Part shown: piece by piece, positions 16,319-24,963 of the stretch
How the letters are laid out: each line of letters begins with the position of its first letter
Position numbering within the stretch: the stretch's first letter is position 1
Assembly (NCBI RefSeq): GCF_014396165.1
Contig: NZ_CP060715.1
Span: 810,001 to 842,000 of the forward strand
Reading direction: 5' to 3'
Origin: Erysipelothrix inopinata
GTDB lineage: Bacteria > Bacillota_I > Bacilli_A > Erysipelotrichales > Erysipelotrichaceae
DNA length: 32,000 nt
Notes under the pieces: model-generated
What the model was told of the DNA's origin: nothing
What the model saw: the letters and a program-made list of their open reading frames with translations, nothing else
Database searches by the model: none
Translations under genes and position numbers: made by a program

Positions 16319-16350
16319 GATATAATCTCTTTGTGTGAAATATTGCACAA
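16318..16350 (+). promoter_or_regulatory. Extended -10 promoter (TGaTATAAT) immediately followed by an 18-bp Rex/CRP-FNR-like palindrome
   Basis: TG at 16318-16319 and TATAAT at 16321-16326. GTGTGAA-ATAT-TGCACAA at 16333-16350 would cover the predicted +1 region of the collagen-adhesin gene. Confidence 0.45.
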
Positions 16351-16414
16351 ATTTTCATGGCGTCATCACACTTCAAGCATATGTATCAGATACAATGACT
16401 CTAGGAGGGATTAT

Positions 16415-17908
16415 ATGAAACGAAATAAATTTAGTTTGTTACTTATTAGCCTCATACTAGTTCTTAATCTAGGTATGAACGTATCTGCCGCAGAAATAGA
16501 GGAATTAAATACTAAATACATTACAAATGTTAGTCTCGTACGAAATGATGGGACTAAGATTAAAGATGGGGAAAGTATAGGAATGTACGAAAACTTTAAG
16601 TTAGTTTATGAGTTTTCACTAGGGACGCACAATCTTAAGCGAAATGATCAAATGAAAATAAAACTTCCCAAAAATGTAATACCAGCACATTCAATGGATT
16701 TTATGCTGAAAGATGATGAAACTGGACAGGATATCGCGAACGTTAAGTTTGATGCTAATACTGGACTTGCAATTATTACATTTACGCAGTTTGTTGAAAC
16801 TCATTCTGATATAATAGGAAAATTCGAATTATCAACACGATGGGATTTAACGACAGTAACTGAAGAAACTAAGACTCCAATTGAGTTCAACTACGAAAAT
16901 TTTAAGGATAAGTTTTTACCTTCAACAGGAAAGGTTAGACCCGTTAACCCAGATGAACTTCTCTACAAATATGGATGGATTGTAGACAAAGATAATCCCT
17001 CTATTATTGAGTGGAGAATACGTCTCAATCTTGCAGAAAAAACAATTAATAATGTGGAAATTATAGATGAAATTGGCGAGGGTCACCATATTCTAACGGA
17101 AACATTACAAGTTGATTATGTTAAGTATGATATCGAGGGAAATGTGTCTGAAAGACTCGGTAGTGTTGATTCCAGTTCAATACAAAAAAGTGAAAGTGGG
17201 TTCACGATAAATCTAGATAAGTTAGAGAATAGCTTAGAAATTAGATACAAGTCTAAAATAGATGCGTCATCAGCATCGAAAACCTATACAAATAAAATCA
17301 CATTGTTAGGCGACGAAATTGGAACAGTTACTGATACTAGTACGCAAAAAATTAATGATGGTAATGGTAATGGTAGTGGCAAGCTTGGGAGTGTTAAACT
17401 AACTAAATATGAGACAAATACTAAGAAAACACTTCAAGGAGCACAGTTCTATCTTTATGATAGCAATAATATTTTGATTAAAGATGTAACTACAGATGAA
17501 AATGGAGTAATCCAAATATATAGATTGAAACGTGGCGCATATACACTAGTTGAATATAAAGCTCCAGTTGACTATATTTTAGATGGTACTCCGTTGAACT
17601 TTACCATTGAAGGGAAAGAAGAAAAGCTAATTGTTTTAGAGCACTATAATGAACATAAACCTGTGGATCCTGTAAAACCAGTAGATCCCGTAGAACCAGT
17701 AGATCCCGTAGAACCAGTAGATCCCGTAGAACCACTGGATCCCGTAAAACCAGTGGATCCAGTCAAGCCGATCGACCCTACTAAGCCAATTGAACCAACA
17801 TTACCTAATACGGGTCAAAATAGTAAACTCTATATGACTACTACACTTTTATGTTTAGGTTTCGGATTGATTGTTTTGGATAAATTTATGAAAAAACCCA
17901 CTAAATAA
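16415..17908 (+). CDS. LPXTG-anchored MSCRAMM-like adhesin (collagen-binding-type A region plus CnaB/SpaA-fold domain)
   Basis: The ATG at 16415 follows AGGAGG (16403-16408). Signal peptide [25 protein letters not shown]. The A-region pattern is [12 protein letters not shown]...[24 protein letters not shown]. The CnaB/SpaA unit is GSVKLTKYE...[12 protein letters not shown]...LNFTIEG, giving candidate Lys/Glu/Asn isopeptide positions. It ends with a (PVD/PVE/PVK)n linker, LPNTG, a helix and KKPTK. Confidence 0.85.
   Translation: MKRNKFSLLLISLILVLNLGMNVSAAEIEELNTKYITNVSLVRNDGTKIKDGESIGMYENFKLVYEFSLGTHNLKRNDQMKIKLPKNVIPAHSMDFMLKDDETGQDIANVKFDANTGLAIITFTQFVETHSDIIGKFELSTRWDLTTVTEETKTPIEFNYENFKDKFLPSTGKVRPVNPDELLYKYGWIVDKDNPSIIEWRIRLNLAEKTINNVEIIDEIGEGHHILTETLQVDYVKYDIEGNVSERLGSVDSSSIQKSESGFTINLDKLENSLEIRYKSKIDASSASKTYTNKITLLGDEIGTVTDTSTQKINDGNGNGSGKLGSVKLTKYETNTKKTLQGAQFYLYDSNNILIKDVTTDENGVIQIYRLKRGAYTLVEYKAPVDYILDGTPLNFTIEGKEEKLIVLEHYNEHKPVDPVKPVDPVEPVDPVEPVDPVEPLDPVKPVDPVKPIDPTKPIEPTLPNTGQNSKLYMTTTLLCLGFGLIVLDKFMKKPTK
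17657..17800 (+). repeat. Pro-rich 9-bp/18-bp coding repeats ([48 protein letters not shown])
   Basis: gtagatcccgtagaacca occurs three times in tandem (17681-17734), flanked by degenerate copies. Confidence 0.9.
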
Positions 17909-18023
17909 AGCTTGATATTTATCTTAAAGTAAGTATGATAAAATGATGAAAATTTTATGAATAATTGCTGTGATTAACATTATAGGGACCTCAAAGATTG
18001 TATTATTATGTCAGGAGGAAACT

Positions 18024-20123
18024 ATGAAAAAAACACTAATAAGTATTTTAACGTCTGTATTCGTTTTTATGAGTGGTATATCCATTCAAGCAGATACAAC
18101 AACAAAAATATTCAAAGATTTAAAGGTCAATCCATCACAAGGATCGATCAAGGTGGGGGACGAATTTACATATAGTGTCGAAGGATTTGAATTCGATACG
18201 GCACTAACACCAGATCTAGTGGGACAACAAAAAGGAGCATTGATGTTCGAGTTCTTCTCAGAAAGTATGGACTCCTCAATTGAACTCCAAAGTATAGAGT
18301 TTCCAAAAACGCAGTTTGTAACCGATGAGGGAGAAACATACGGAACACTTTTCACTGTTATGAATTTTGAGCAGTCAGATGGATTTGATGTTACGACATG
18401 GCTTAGTGACCCTCAATATAAAGTCACAACTCGTGATCAATATGTTAATGCATCAAGTAACTTTACTAAAAATGGTTTCAGAGTATATGTCAGACCGACT
18501 CATGAAGGTAGTGACTACGGTATCTACGATAAAACATATAAATCTATGAAGTCAGAAGGACCTATTAAATTTAACTACAAAGTAGTCGGAGATGGACATT
18601 CTGCAAACAATAAACCGAATCCTTATTTTGTATTCATGGCTAGCAGTCCAGAAACTGGTTTTCCTAAAGAAAACGCATTTGGTTATACATATTTCGCTGA
18701 CTATAGTATAAATAGAGAAATTGTAGAGCCTTACAATAGTTCGGATCGTTCAATATCCATTAAATATACAATAAAAAATACGGGGGCATATCCTGTAACG
18801 AGAATTAATCTCTATGAAAACTCGGAGGGATTTATACCACAAGGTGGTGATTGGAATAGCGATTCGGCACCAATCTACTTTAAACAAGTAAAAAAAGAAA
18901 ATGCCTATGAGCTCATTAATCCAGGTGAACATGTAGAATTTGTTGAAAAATTTATTCTTGATGAAAATTATAACCAACCGAGTTATACTTTCACCGGTGG
19001 ACTATACACAAATAATGATTTTGCAAGACGAACTCCTGCAGAAGATTTAACGGTGAACTTCGAGGTTCAAAAATATAAAGTTAAATTTATAGTAAATGGT
19101 GGTAGTGAAGTAGCACCATATCTCAATGTTTCTAAGGACTCGCTTATTAATGTTCCTTCAAGTATTAAAGAAGGTTATAAATTATTGGGATGGTACAAGG
19201 ATGAATTATTAAGTGAAAGATGGGATTTTACTACTGACCGAGTCACTAGTGATACAACACTTTATGCGAAATGGGAGAAATTACCAGTCGCTGAGAAGTA
19301 TGATGTAACTTTCAATAGCAATGGTGGTACGATTGTTGAAAATCAATTACAGTTAACTGCTGGTTCAAAAATAAACAAACCTTTGAATCCAAGTAGAGAA
19401 GGATTCATATTTAAGGGATGGTATCAAGACAGTGCTCTAACGAGCGAATGGAACTTTGATACAGATTTAGTATCATCAAATATAACTCTTTATGCGAAAT
19501 GGGAGAAATTACCTGTTGCTGAAAAATATGATGTAATATTCAATAGCAATGGTGGTACGATTGTTGAAAGTCAATTACAGCTAACTGCTGGTTCGAAAGT
19601 AAGCAAACCTTTGGATCCAAGTAAAGGCGGTTATACCTTTGCCGGCTGGTACCAAGATAGTGCCCTAACAAAACAATGGGATTTTGATACAGACTTAGTA
19701 ACTGAAAATATTACACTCTACGCTAAGTGGAACAAAATTAGTATTGAAGAAAACAAATATAACGTAACATTTGAATCTAATGGTGGATCACAAGTAGATC
19801 CTCAAGTAGGGATTAAAGAAGGTAACTTAGTCATAAAACCATTTGATCCTAAACGTGAAGGATTCCAGTTTGATGGTTGGTATCGCGACGCAGATCTCAA
19901 GAAACCATGGAACTTTGATACGGATACTGTTGAAGAAAACATGACACTGTATGCGAAATGGATAGAAGTGAAACCGGAAATTGTAAAACCAGACCCAAGT
20001 AAACCAAATCCAGTATTACCATCAACGGGATTAGATAATAATTATATTGGTGTTTCAATGTTATTGGTCAGTGGAGCAATTATCTTAGCAATGAGTAAAA
20101 AGAAACGTAAAGAAATAAAGTGA
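18024..20123 (+). CDS. LPXTG surface protein, paralog of 11122-13200 (same unknown N-terminal domain plus four Flg_new repeats)
   Basis: The ATG at 18024 lies 5 nt after AGGAGG (18013-18018), and the track start at 17970 is a GTG without an SD. Signal peptide MKKTLISILTSVFVFMSGISIQA. The N-domain is collinear with 11122-12147 (SSIELQSIEFP vs SSLELQSITLP, and others). The tail is PDPSKPNPV, LPSTG, a helix and KKKRKEIK. Confidence 0.9.
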   Translation: MKKTLISILTSVFVFMSGISIQADTTTKIFKDLKVNPSQGSIKVGDEFTYSVEGFEFDTALTPDLVGQQKGALMFEFFSESMDSSIELQSIEFPKTQFVTDEGETYGTLFTVMNFEQSDGFDVTTWLSDPQYKVTTRDQYVNASSNFTKNGFRVYVRPTHEGSDYGIYDKTYKSMKSEGPIKFNYKVVGDGHSANNKPNPYFVFMASSPETGFPKENAFGYTYFADYSINREIVEPYNSSDRSISIKYTIKNTGAYPVTRINLYENSEGFIPQGGDWNSDSAPIYFKQVKKENAYELINPGEHVEFVEKFILDENYNQPSYTFTGGLYTNNDFARRTPAEDLTVNFEVQKYKVKFIVNGGSEVAPYLNVSKDSLINVPSSIKEGYKLLGWYKDELLSERWDFTTDRVTSDTTLYAKWEKLPVAEKYDVTFNSNGGTIVENQLQLTAGSKINKPLNPSREGFIFKGWYQDSALTSEWNFDTDLVSSNITLYAKWEKLPVAEKYDVIFNSNGGTIVESQLQLTAGSKVSKPLDPSKGGYTFAGWYQDSALTKQWDFDTDLVTENITLYAKWNKISIEENKYNVTFESNGGSQVDPQVGIKEGNLVIKPFDPKREGFQFDGWYRDADLKKPWNFDTDTVEENMTLYAKWIEVKPEIVKPDPSKPNPVLPSTGLDNNYIGVSMLLVSGAIILAMSKKKRKEIK
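19074..19967 (+). repeat. Four tandem Flg_new-type coding repeats; units 2 and 3 (about 19276-19731, period 228 bp) are the most similar pair
   Basis: YKVKFIVNGG...; YDVTFNSNGGTIVENQLQLTAGSK...; YDVIFNSNGGTIVESQLQLTAGSK...; YNVTFESNGG...LYAKWIE. Confidence 0.85.
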
Positions 20124-20165
20124 AAACCTAAATTACGAACTTAATGTTAAGTATCGACAAAAAAA

Positions 20166-20198
20166 CTCTCAGCGTTATCTTACGTTGAGAGTTTTTTT
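20166..20198 (+). terminator. Rho-independent terminator
   Basis: Stem CTCTCAGCGT (20166-20175) / ACGTTGAGAG (20182-20191, one G-U pair), loop TATCTT, T7 run at 20192-20198, with an A-tract upstream. Confidence 0.85.
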
Positions 20199-20430
20199 AT
20201 TGATAGATTGGTGTGTCAATATAGTGGCAAAATTACGAACTAAAATTATCTTAATCTACTAAAAAGGTTAGCATATACCCGGTAATTAAATTAAGAATAC
20301 TCACTATTGTGAAATTGTATCGACAATTAAGTGACGAAACGATGGTGTTCTTTGTGTAATAAAGAGATTGAAAATAATCTCCTGTATAATATGGATTGTT
20401 GATTATTAGGGTTTATGAAAGGAGATTAAT

Positions 20431-21177
20431 ATGTCAAAAAAAGGATATAGTAAAAAGAAATATAAAAAGCCAATTGATAGCGAAATTTCAATGAGCACTG
20501 AATATGGCGAGGAAGAAATGAACACTCAATCTACTGTTGAAATCGAGAATGTTTCCAATGACGCAATTGTGAAAAGTGATCCAGTATCAAATGTTAAAAA
20601 GTGGTTTTCAAACTTTACATCACATCAAGATAGAGAGGGTCTGGAAAATATCAATGAAGCGTTCATTGATGAAAATATCGAACATGATAATTTAAACAAT
20701 GATATTGAAACGCCGAATTTAATAAATAACTTAACTATAGTAGAAGAGGACAGGATAATGGAAAGTAAAAAAACAATTATTGCAGAAGGTGTCGAAATAA
20801 CCGGTAATATGACTCTAGAAGGGGACTTGGAGTTATTTGGTAAAATTAAGGGAAATATAAATTCTAAAGGAGATATCGTTTTTGCAGAAGATGCTCAAAT
20901 GGAAGGGTCATTAGTTGGAAATAACTTTACGATGCAGGATGGTAATATTGATGGAAATGTACAATTACAAAACCATGTAATGATTGGGGCACATTCTCAA
21001 ATAATCGGTGATATTCATGCTCTATCATTAGTATCTTCAGGAAAAATATTGGGAAATATTTTTATTAATGATTGTGTCATACTTAATGAAACCAGTGTAA
21101 TAGAAGGTAATATTAAGGCAAAACAACTTGAAGTACGTCCAGGTGCAATCATTAAAGGACAGATTGAAGTAAACTGA
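20431..21177 (+). CDS. Bactofilin-family polymer-forming protein with a ~115-aa acidic/disordered N-terminal extension
   Basis: The C-terminal 130 aa are a beta-helix repeat of bactofilin type (IIAEGVEITGNMTLEGDLELFGKIKGNINSKGDIVFAEDAQMEGSLVGNNFTMQDGNIDGNV...IEGNIKAKQLEVRPGAIIKGQIEV). RBS AAAGGAG. Confidence 0.8.
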   Translation: MSKKGYSKKKYKKPIDSEISMSTEYGEEEMNTQSTVEIENVSNDAIVKSDPVSNVKKWFSNFTSHQDREGLENINEAFIDENIEHDNLNNDIETPNLINNLTIVEEDRIMESKKTIIAEGVEITGNMTLEGDLELFGKIKGNINSKGDIVFAEDAQMEGSLVGNNFTMQDGNIDGNVQLQNHVMIGAHSQIIGDIHALSLVSSGKILGNIFINDCVILNETSVIEGNIKAKQLEVRPGAIIKGQIEVN

Positions 21178-21213
21178 TAAATAGTTTTATCATCCAAAAT
21201 GGATACAGTTAAT

Positions 21214-21260
21214 AAAACATCTAAAAACTAGAACAATACTTTTTAGGTGTTTTTATTTTT
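21214..21260 (+). terminator. Rho-independent terminator of the bactofilin gene
   Basis: Stem AAAACATCTAAAAA (21214-21227) / TTTTTAGGTGTTTT (21240-21254, one G-U pair) followed by a T-rich tract. Confidence 0.7.
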
Positions 21261-21331
21261 GGAATTTTTCGACAAAATAGGTGAGAATTGTTAAGATATA
21301 TGAAGAAAATTAATTTTGAGATGAGGTAGTT

Positions 21332-22174
21332 ATGAAGCTAGACGTTTATGTAGCGAGTGCATTTAGCAAGAATCATTCAGGTGGAAATAGAGCAGGGGTA
21401 GTTTTTTTAAAAGCACCACTATCTCGCGATCAGAAAATGTATGTAGCGAAAAAACTTGGTTATGCCGAAACTGCTTTTGTTAGTGAATCAAAAAAAGCAG
21501 ACTACAAGTTGGAGTTCTTTACGCCTAAAGAGGAAGTACCATTATGTGGACATGCAACAATAGGTACCTTTGCGATATTGATGTACTTAAACCAAGTTGA
21601 AGATAAAGATTATATAATTGAGACGAAAAGTGGTATTCTTTCAGTTCAGATTAAAAATGGATTAGTGCTTATGCAACAGAACGCACCAGAGTTCTATGAG
21701 CAGATGGATACTGATGAACTGGGTCAATGTTTCAGTACGAGTGCTATTGTTGTTGAGAAGCCTATTCAAATCGTTTCTACAGGGTTAAAAGATATTTTGG
21801 TGCCAATAAAAGATAAAAAAGCACTGGATCAAATCAAACCGAATTTTGAAGCTATTAAAAAGGTGAGTGATAAATACAGTGTAATTGGAATGCACCTCTT
21901 TACGATTTCAGGTAAAGAAATATATTGTAGAAATTTTGCGCCGCTTTATGATATTAACGAAGAATCAGCAACTGGAACATCAAATGCAGCATTGGCTTGT
22001 TACCTTTACACCCAAAATAAAGATAACAGAAAAAACTTTGTATTTAATCAAGGTCAATCCCTAAATTCTCCATCTGAAATTATAGTTGAATTGGATGCTG
22101 ATGATGAATTAATCCATAAGGTATACGTTGGTGGAAAAGGATATTTCCATGAATTAATAGAGATGGAAGTTTAA
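21332..22174 (+). CDS. PhzF-family (phenazine biosynthesis-like) isomerase/epimerase-fold protein
   Basis: MKLDVYVASAFSKNHSGGNRAGVV..., YAETAFV, EVPLCGHATIG, ESATGTSNAAL. 280 aa. RBS GAGGT. Confidence 0.8.
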   Translation: MKLDVYVASAFSKNHSGGNRAGVVFLKAPLSRDQKMYVAKKLGYAETAFVSESKKADYKLEFFTPKEEVPLCGHATIGTFAILMYLNQVEDKDYIIETKSGILSVQIKNGLVLMQQNAPEFYEQMDTDELGQCFSTSAIVVEKPIQIVSTGLKDILVPIKDKKALDQIKPNFEAIKKVSDKYSVIGMHLFTISGKEIYCRNFAPLYDINEESATGTSNAALACYLYTQNKDNRKNFVFNQGQSLNSPSEIIVELDADDELIHKVYVGGKGYFHELIEMEV

Positions 22175-22196
22175 GAGGAAGCGTGAGGAGAAGAAG

Positions 22197-22787
22197 ATGG
22201 GATTTATAGTATATATCGTAATATTACTATTATTTATGTTAATGATTAGTTTTGTAGGAAATGGATTTGTAAATATATTCTTATTGATAACGAAAAATAA
22301 TGAAGGTGTTGGAAAATTAATGAATAAGTTAAATTTTTTATACAAATCAAAATGGAAGTACTTAGTTATGTTTATCTTGCTTGTTCTGACAGGAATGGGC
22401 GTTAATCAAGCGATGATATATTACCTAACTTCAGGAGCCTATTTTTGGTTCGTTATTTTCACAATGGGATTATTACTGCTGATGTATATTGCACCTGTTG
22501 GCTCAATATTTATGCCTTTAGTGAAGAAACAATTTAGTAATTGGAATAAATTTTCTATGTTCTATTGGAATTTTGTGAGTGCAACATCATGGTTTTGGGG
22601 GTTACTTCTCATTATAGATAAAAGTGTCATAATATACGAAGATGAAGGTGGGGTAAACTTCCACTACGGAAGTTTACCATTAAAGACCTTTGGCGGAATA
22701 TGCCTCATTATTGTAGCTCTTTATATGACACTGTCTATCGCATCTAAGAAAATGAATAAGCTTCCGAGGGTTGACAGTGATATATAG
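22197..22787 (+). CDS. Hypothetical integral membrane protein (about 5 TM)
   Basis: Hydrophobic 196-aa product. GAGGAG RBS lies 6 nt upstream. It starts 23 nt after the PhzF stop, so it is probably co-transcribed. Confidence 0.65.
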   Translation: MGFIVYIVILLLFMLMISFVGNGFVNIFLLITKNNEGVGKLMNKLNFLYKSKWKYLVMFILLVLTGMGVNQAMIYYLTSGAYFWFVIFTMGLLLLMYIAPVGSIFMPLVKKQFSNWNKFSMFYWNFVSATSWFWGLLLIIDKSVIIYEDEGGVNFHYGSLPLKTFGGICLIIVALYMTLSIASKKMNKLPRVDSDI

Positions 22788-22810
22788 ATTTATTATATAC
22801 TAATAATTAA

Positions 22811-22850
22811 AAAGAAAGGAACACCTCTATTTTAGGGATGTTCCTTTTTA
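22811..22850. terminator. Bidirectional terminator between convergent genes
   Basis: Imperfect hairpin AAAGGAACACC.../...GGGATGTTCCTTT (about 22815-22847) with A-rich and T-rich flanks on both sides. Confidence 0.6.
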
Positions 22851-22858
22851 GTTGCTTA

Positions 22859-23089
22859 TTAGATAAGATTAGAATCTTCAAGTTGGAAGAACCCGTCTGA
22901 ATCAAGCATACGAATATTATTTGCAATATTATAGAGTTGTTCTTCAGTTAAAATACTGATGACTTCGGTACAACAATCTCTCATACTCAATACACCTTCA
23001 GTAATTACAAGTTCTTTAAGTAGAGGACTCTCTGGGTACTTTAACTTCATGTCTGTAATATATTTTGTATCTTTTCTATGATGAGTCAT
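22859..23089 (-). CDS. Small acidic hypothetical protein (76 aa)
   Basis: A perfect GGAGG (revcomp of 23096-23100) lies 6 nt upstream of the ATG at 23089. No TM helix or signal peptide, and no family recognised. Confidence 0.6.
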   Translation of the reverse strand: MTHHRKDTKYITDMKLKYPESPLLKELVITEGVLSMRDCCTEVISILTEEQLYNIANNIRMLDSDGFFQLEDSNLI

Positions 23090-23164
23090 GTTAAACCTCC
23101 TTATTAATATTTTTTCATATCTAAGAGTTAAAATAAAGAGTTTTTAAGATAATAAATTATTAGA

Positions 23165-24307
23165 CTAATTGTTATTGCTTGCTTTCTTTTTAAATACTTT
23201 GATGCTTGTGAATCCAATTCCTAAAAGTAATAAAGAGTATCCTGAATAAAGGTAGAGATTACTATATCCTGTAGCCGGTAATATAGGTTTTGTTGTCTCT
23301 GTTGGTTCTATAGGACTGACAGGTTTAACGGGATCAACAGGATTAATAGGAACTACTGGATCTACCGGCTTCACAGGGTCTATCGGTTTCACAGGGTCTA
23401 TCGGTTTCACAGGGTCTACTGGTTTCACAGGATCAACAGGTTTCACAGGGTCTACCGGTTTTACAGGGTCAACAGGCTTAGCATTTTTTTCGAAGACTAG
23501 GGTTAGTGATAAGTCTTTCGCCTCAAACTTAGAAGGTAATGTAACTTCTGATTTTAAGGTATAGCCTTCAAATGTTGGAATCGTGTAATTAAATATTTGA
23601 CCTACTTTGTCTGAATAAACACTATGATTTTGGATCTCAGTACCGTCAGTATCTTCATAACGAATAGTAACTGAAGGAAGTCGTAAGTTAATATCAATCA
23701 CTTGATCATTTTTAGTGAATAATTTAGTTTCTTTTGAGCTTTCATCAGCAAACAAATAAGAAGCCGTAATCGGATCTAATGTAAGTGTATCAGAAGGAAT
23801 ATGGAATTCATCTGGGCTTACTTCATAGCGTCCATAAGCGATATCAGTTTTCAAAAGTTCTTTGGAACCATCTGTATTTACAAGATAGTAGTTTGCTTTA
23901 ATTTCACTTGCTTTGGCATAGTAGGTTGCAATCGAATCAATCTTTAAACCTTTAGTATTCTCTAAATCAACGAGTTCCTGGTATGTTAGAGTATTTTTAA
24001 TACCTTGAACAATTTCACCGTTTTCAAAGTTGATGTCATAGTTATAGAATACATAATTTCCTGAAGGAAAAACAAAGCTTCCTTCAGTTAAATCTTCATG
24101 TTTTAATGCGCTCCAAGTTGGTGTAGCAGTACTGATTGTTGCATATTGGATACCACTAACAATCGAGTATACATCTTCATTGGCATACTCATGAATATTA
24201 AAGTAGTACTCTTCTACAGAAAACGCTTCAGAGTCTGCTTTCACTGAAGTCGGAACAAAGTTAAATAACAAAGTGATCGTAAACAATCCTAATAATAATT
24301 TTTTCAT
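23165..24307 (-). CDS. LPXTG surface protein with an unknown N-terminal domain, one MucBP domain and a long (KPVDPV)n linker
   Basis: The ATG at 24307 follows GGAG (AGAGGAGATGTATATG). Signal peptide [24 protein letters not shown]. The MucBP-like segment is [44 protein letters not shown] is at 23267-23281, followed by a helix and KKKASNNN. Confidence 0.85.
   Translation of the reverse strand: MKKLLLGLFTITLLFNFVPTSVKADSEAFSVEEYYFNIHEYANEDVYSIVSGIQYATISTATPTWSALKHEDLTEGSFVFPSGNYVFYNYDINFENGEIVQGIKNTLTYQELVDLENTKGLKIDSIATYYAKASEIKANYYLVNTDGSKELLKTDIAYGRYEVSPDEFHIPSDTLTLDPITASYLFADESSKETKLFTKNDQVIDINLRLPSVTIRYEDTDGTEIQNHSVYSDKVGQIFNYTIPTFEGYTLKSEVTLPSKFEAKDLSLTLVFEKNAKPVDPVKPVDPVKPVDPVKPVDPVKPIDPVKPIDPVKPVDPVVPINPVDPVKPVSPIEPTETTKPILPATGYSNLYLYSGYSLLLLGIGFTSIKVFKKKASNNN
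23313..23478 (-). repeat. Pro-rich 18-bp coding repeats ([12 protein letters not shown] units)
   Basis: The plus strand shows repeated ggtttcacagggtctaYc units. The translation is [56 protein letters not shown]. Confidence 0.85.
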
Positions 24308-24529
24308 ATACATCTCCTCTATTTTTACAAATATTAGCATATTATTGTGAAATTCAAGATGTAATTTAATGAGTATTTTGTGAAATATACCGACAATGTA
24401 TCAAGTGGATTTGTAGGTAAGAAAAGATGTGCCATAAAAACTGAACTTAAAATCACATATTCGTACATTCTAATCACAATGCATATTGGAAAACGAATGA
24501 TATTGTTTTTATGAAAGAGAGGCAACAGT

Positions 24530-24937
24530 ATGAAAAGAAAAACAATTATAGTGGTGTCTAGTCTACTCTTGATCGTTGCAATATTCGGATTGAAGGTGTT
24601 GAGTGAACGAGAATCTGAACCAGTAATTACATTTAAAGATAATATTAGGATAGTACTTGGACAGAAACAATATCAAGAAGCAGACAGTCAAGAAAGCCGT
24701 GTCGAAGAAGTTCTGCCCATCGTAAGACCTCAAGACGTAATTATTAGTAACGAATCTTACTTTGATGAAATATCATTTAATAAAATTAATACTGAATCTC
24801 AAACAAATTTAATGGAATCAAAACCATTAAATACGTTCCAATTGGGCGACCACGAAGGAACACTTTATGCCCGAAAAGGAGATAAGGTAAGTGAATTTGA
24901 ATTTGTATACGAGGTTGTAGAACATTATGAAAGATAA
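24530..24937 (+). CDS. Small membrane-anchored protein, stand-alone paralog of the N-terminal module of the 2182-3420 deacetylase
   Basis: It has a TM helix (IIVVSSLLLIVAIFGL). It is collinear with the deacetylase: PVITFKDNIRIVLGQ vs PEITFKEPITLEYGQ, and LGDHEGTLYARKGDKVSEFEFVYEV vs VGDFEGVLYAKLGKNIASFPFKYSV. RBS GAGAGG lies 7 nt upstream. Confidence 0.7.
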   Translation: MKRKTIIVVSSLLLIVAIFGLKVLSERESEPVITFKDNIRIVLGQKQYQEADSQESRVEEVLPIVRPQDVIISNESYFDEISFNKINTESQTNLMESKPLNTFQLGDHEGTLYARKGDKVSEFEFVYEVVEHYER

Positions 24938-24963
24938 ATTATTTCGAAACCGAAGCATATTGA

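Noticed and set aside
24334-24525. 63-aa minus-strand ORF filling the 24308-24529 intergenic region
   Set aside because: It has a TTG start without an SD and AT-rich low-complexity hydrophobic translation. The region is better explained as a divergent promoter/regulatory region.
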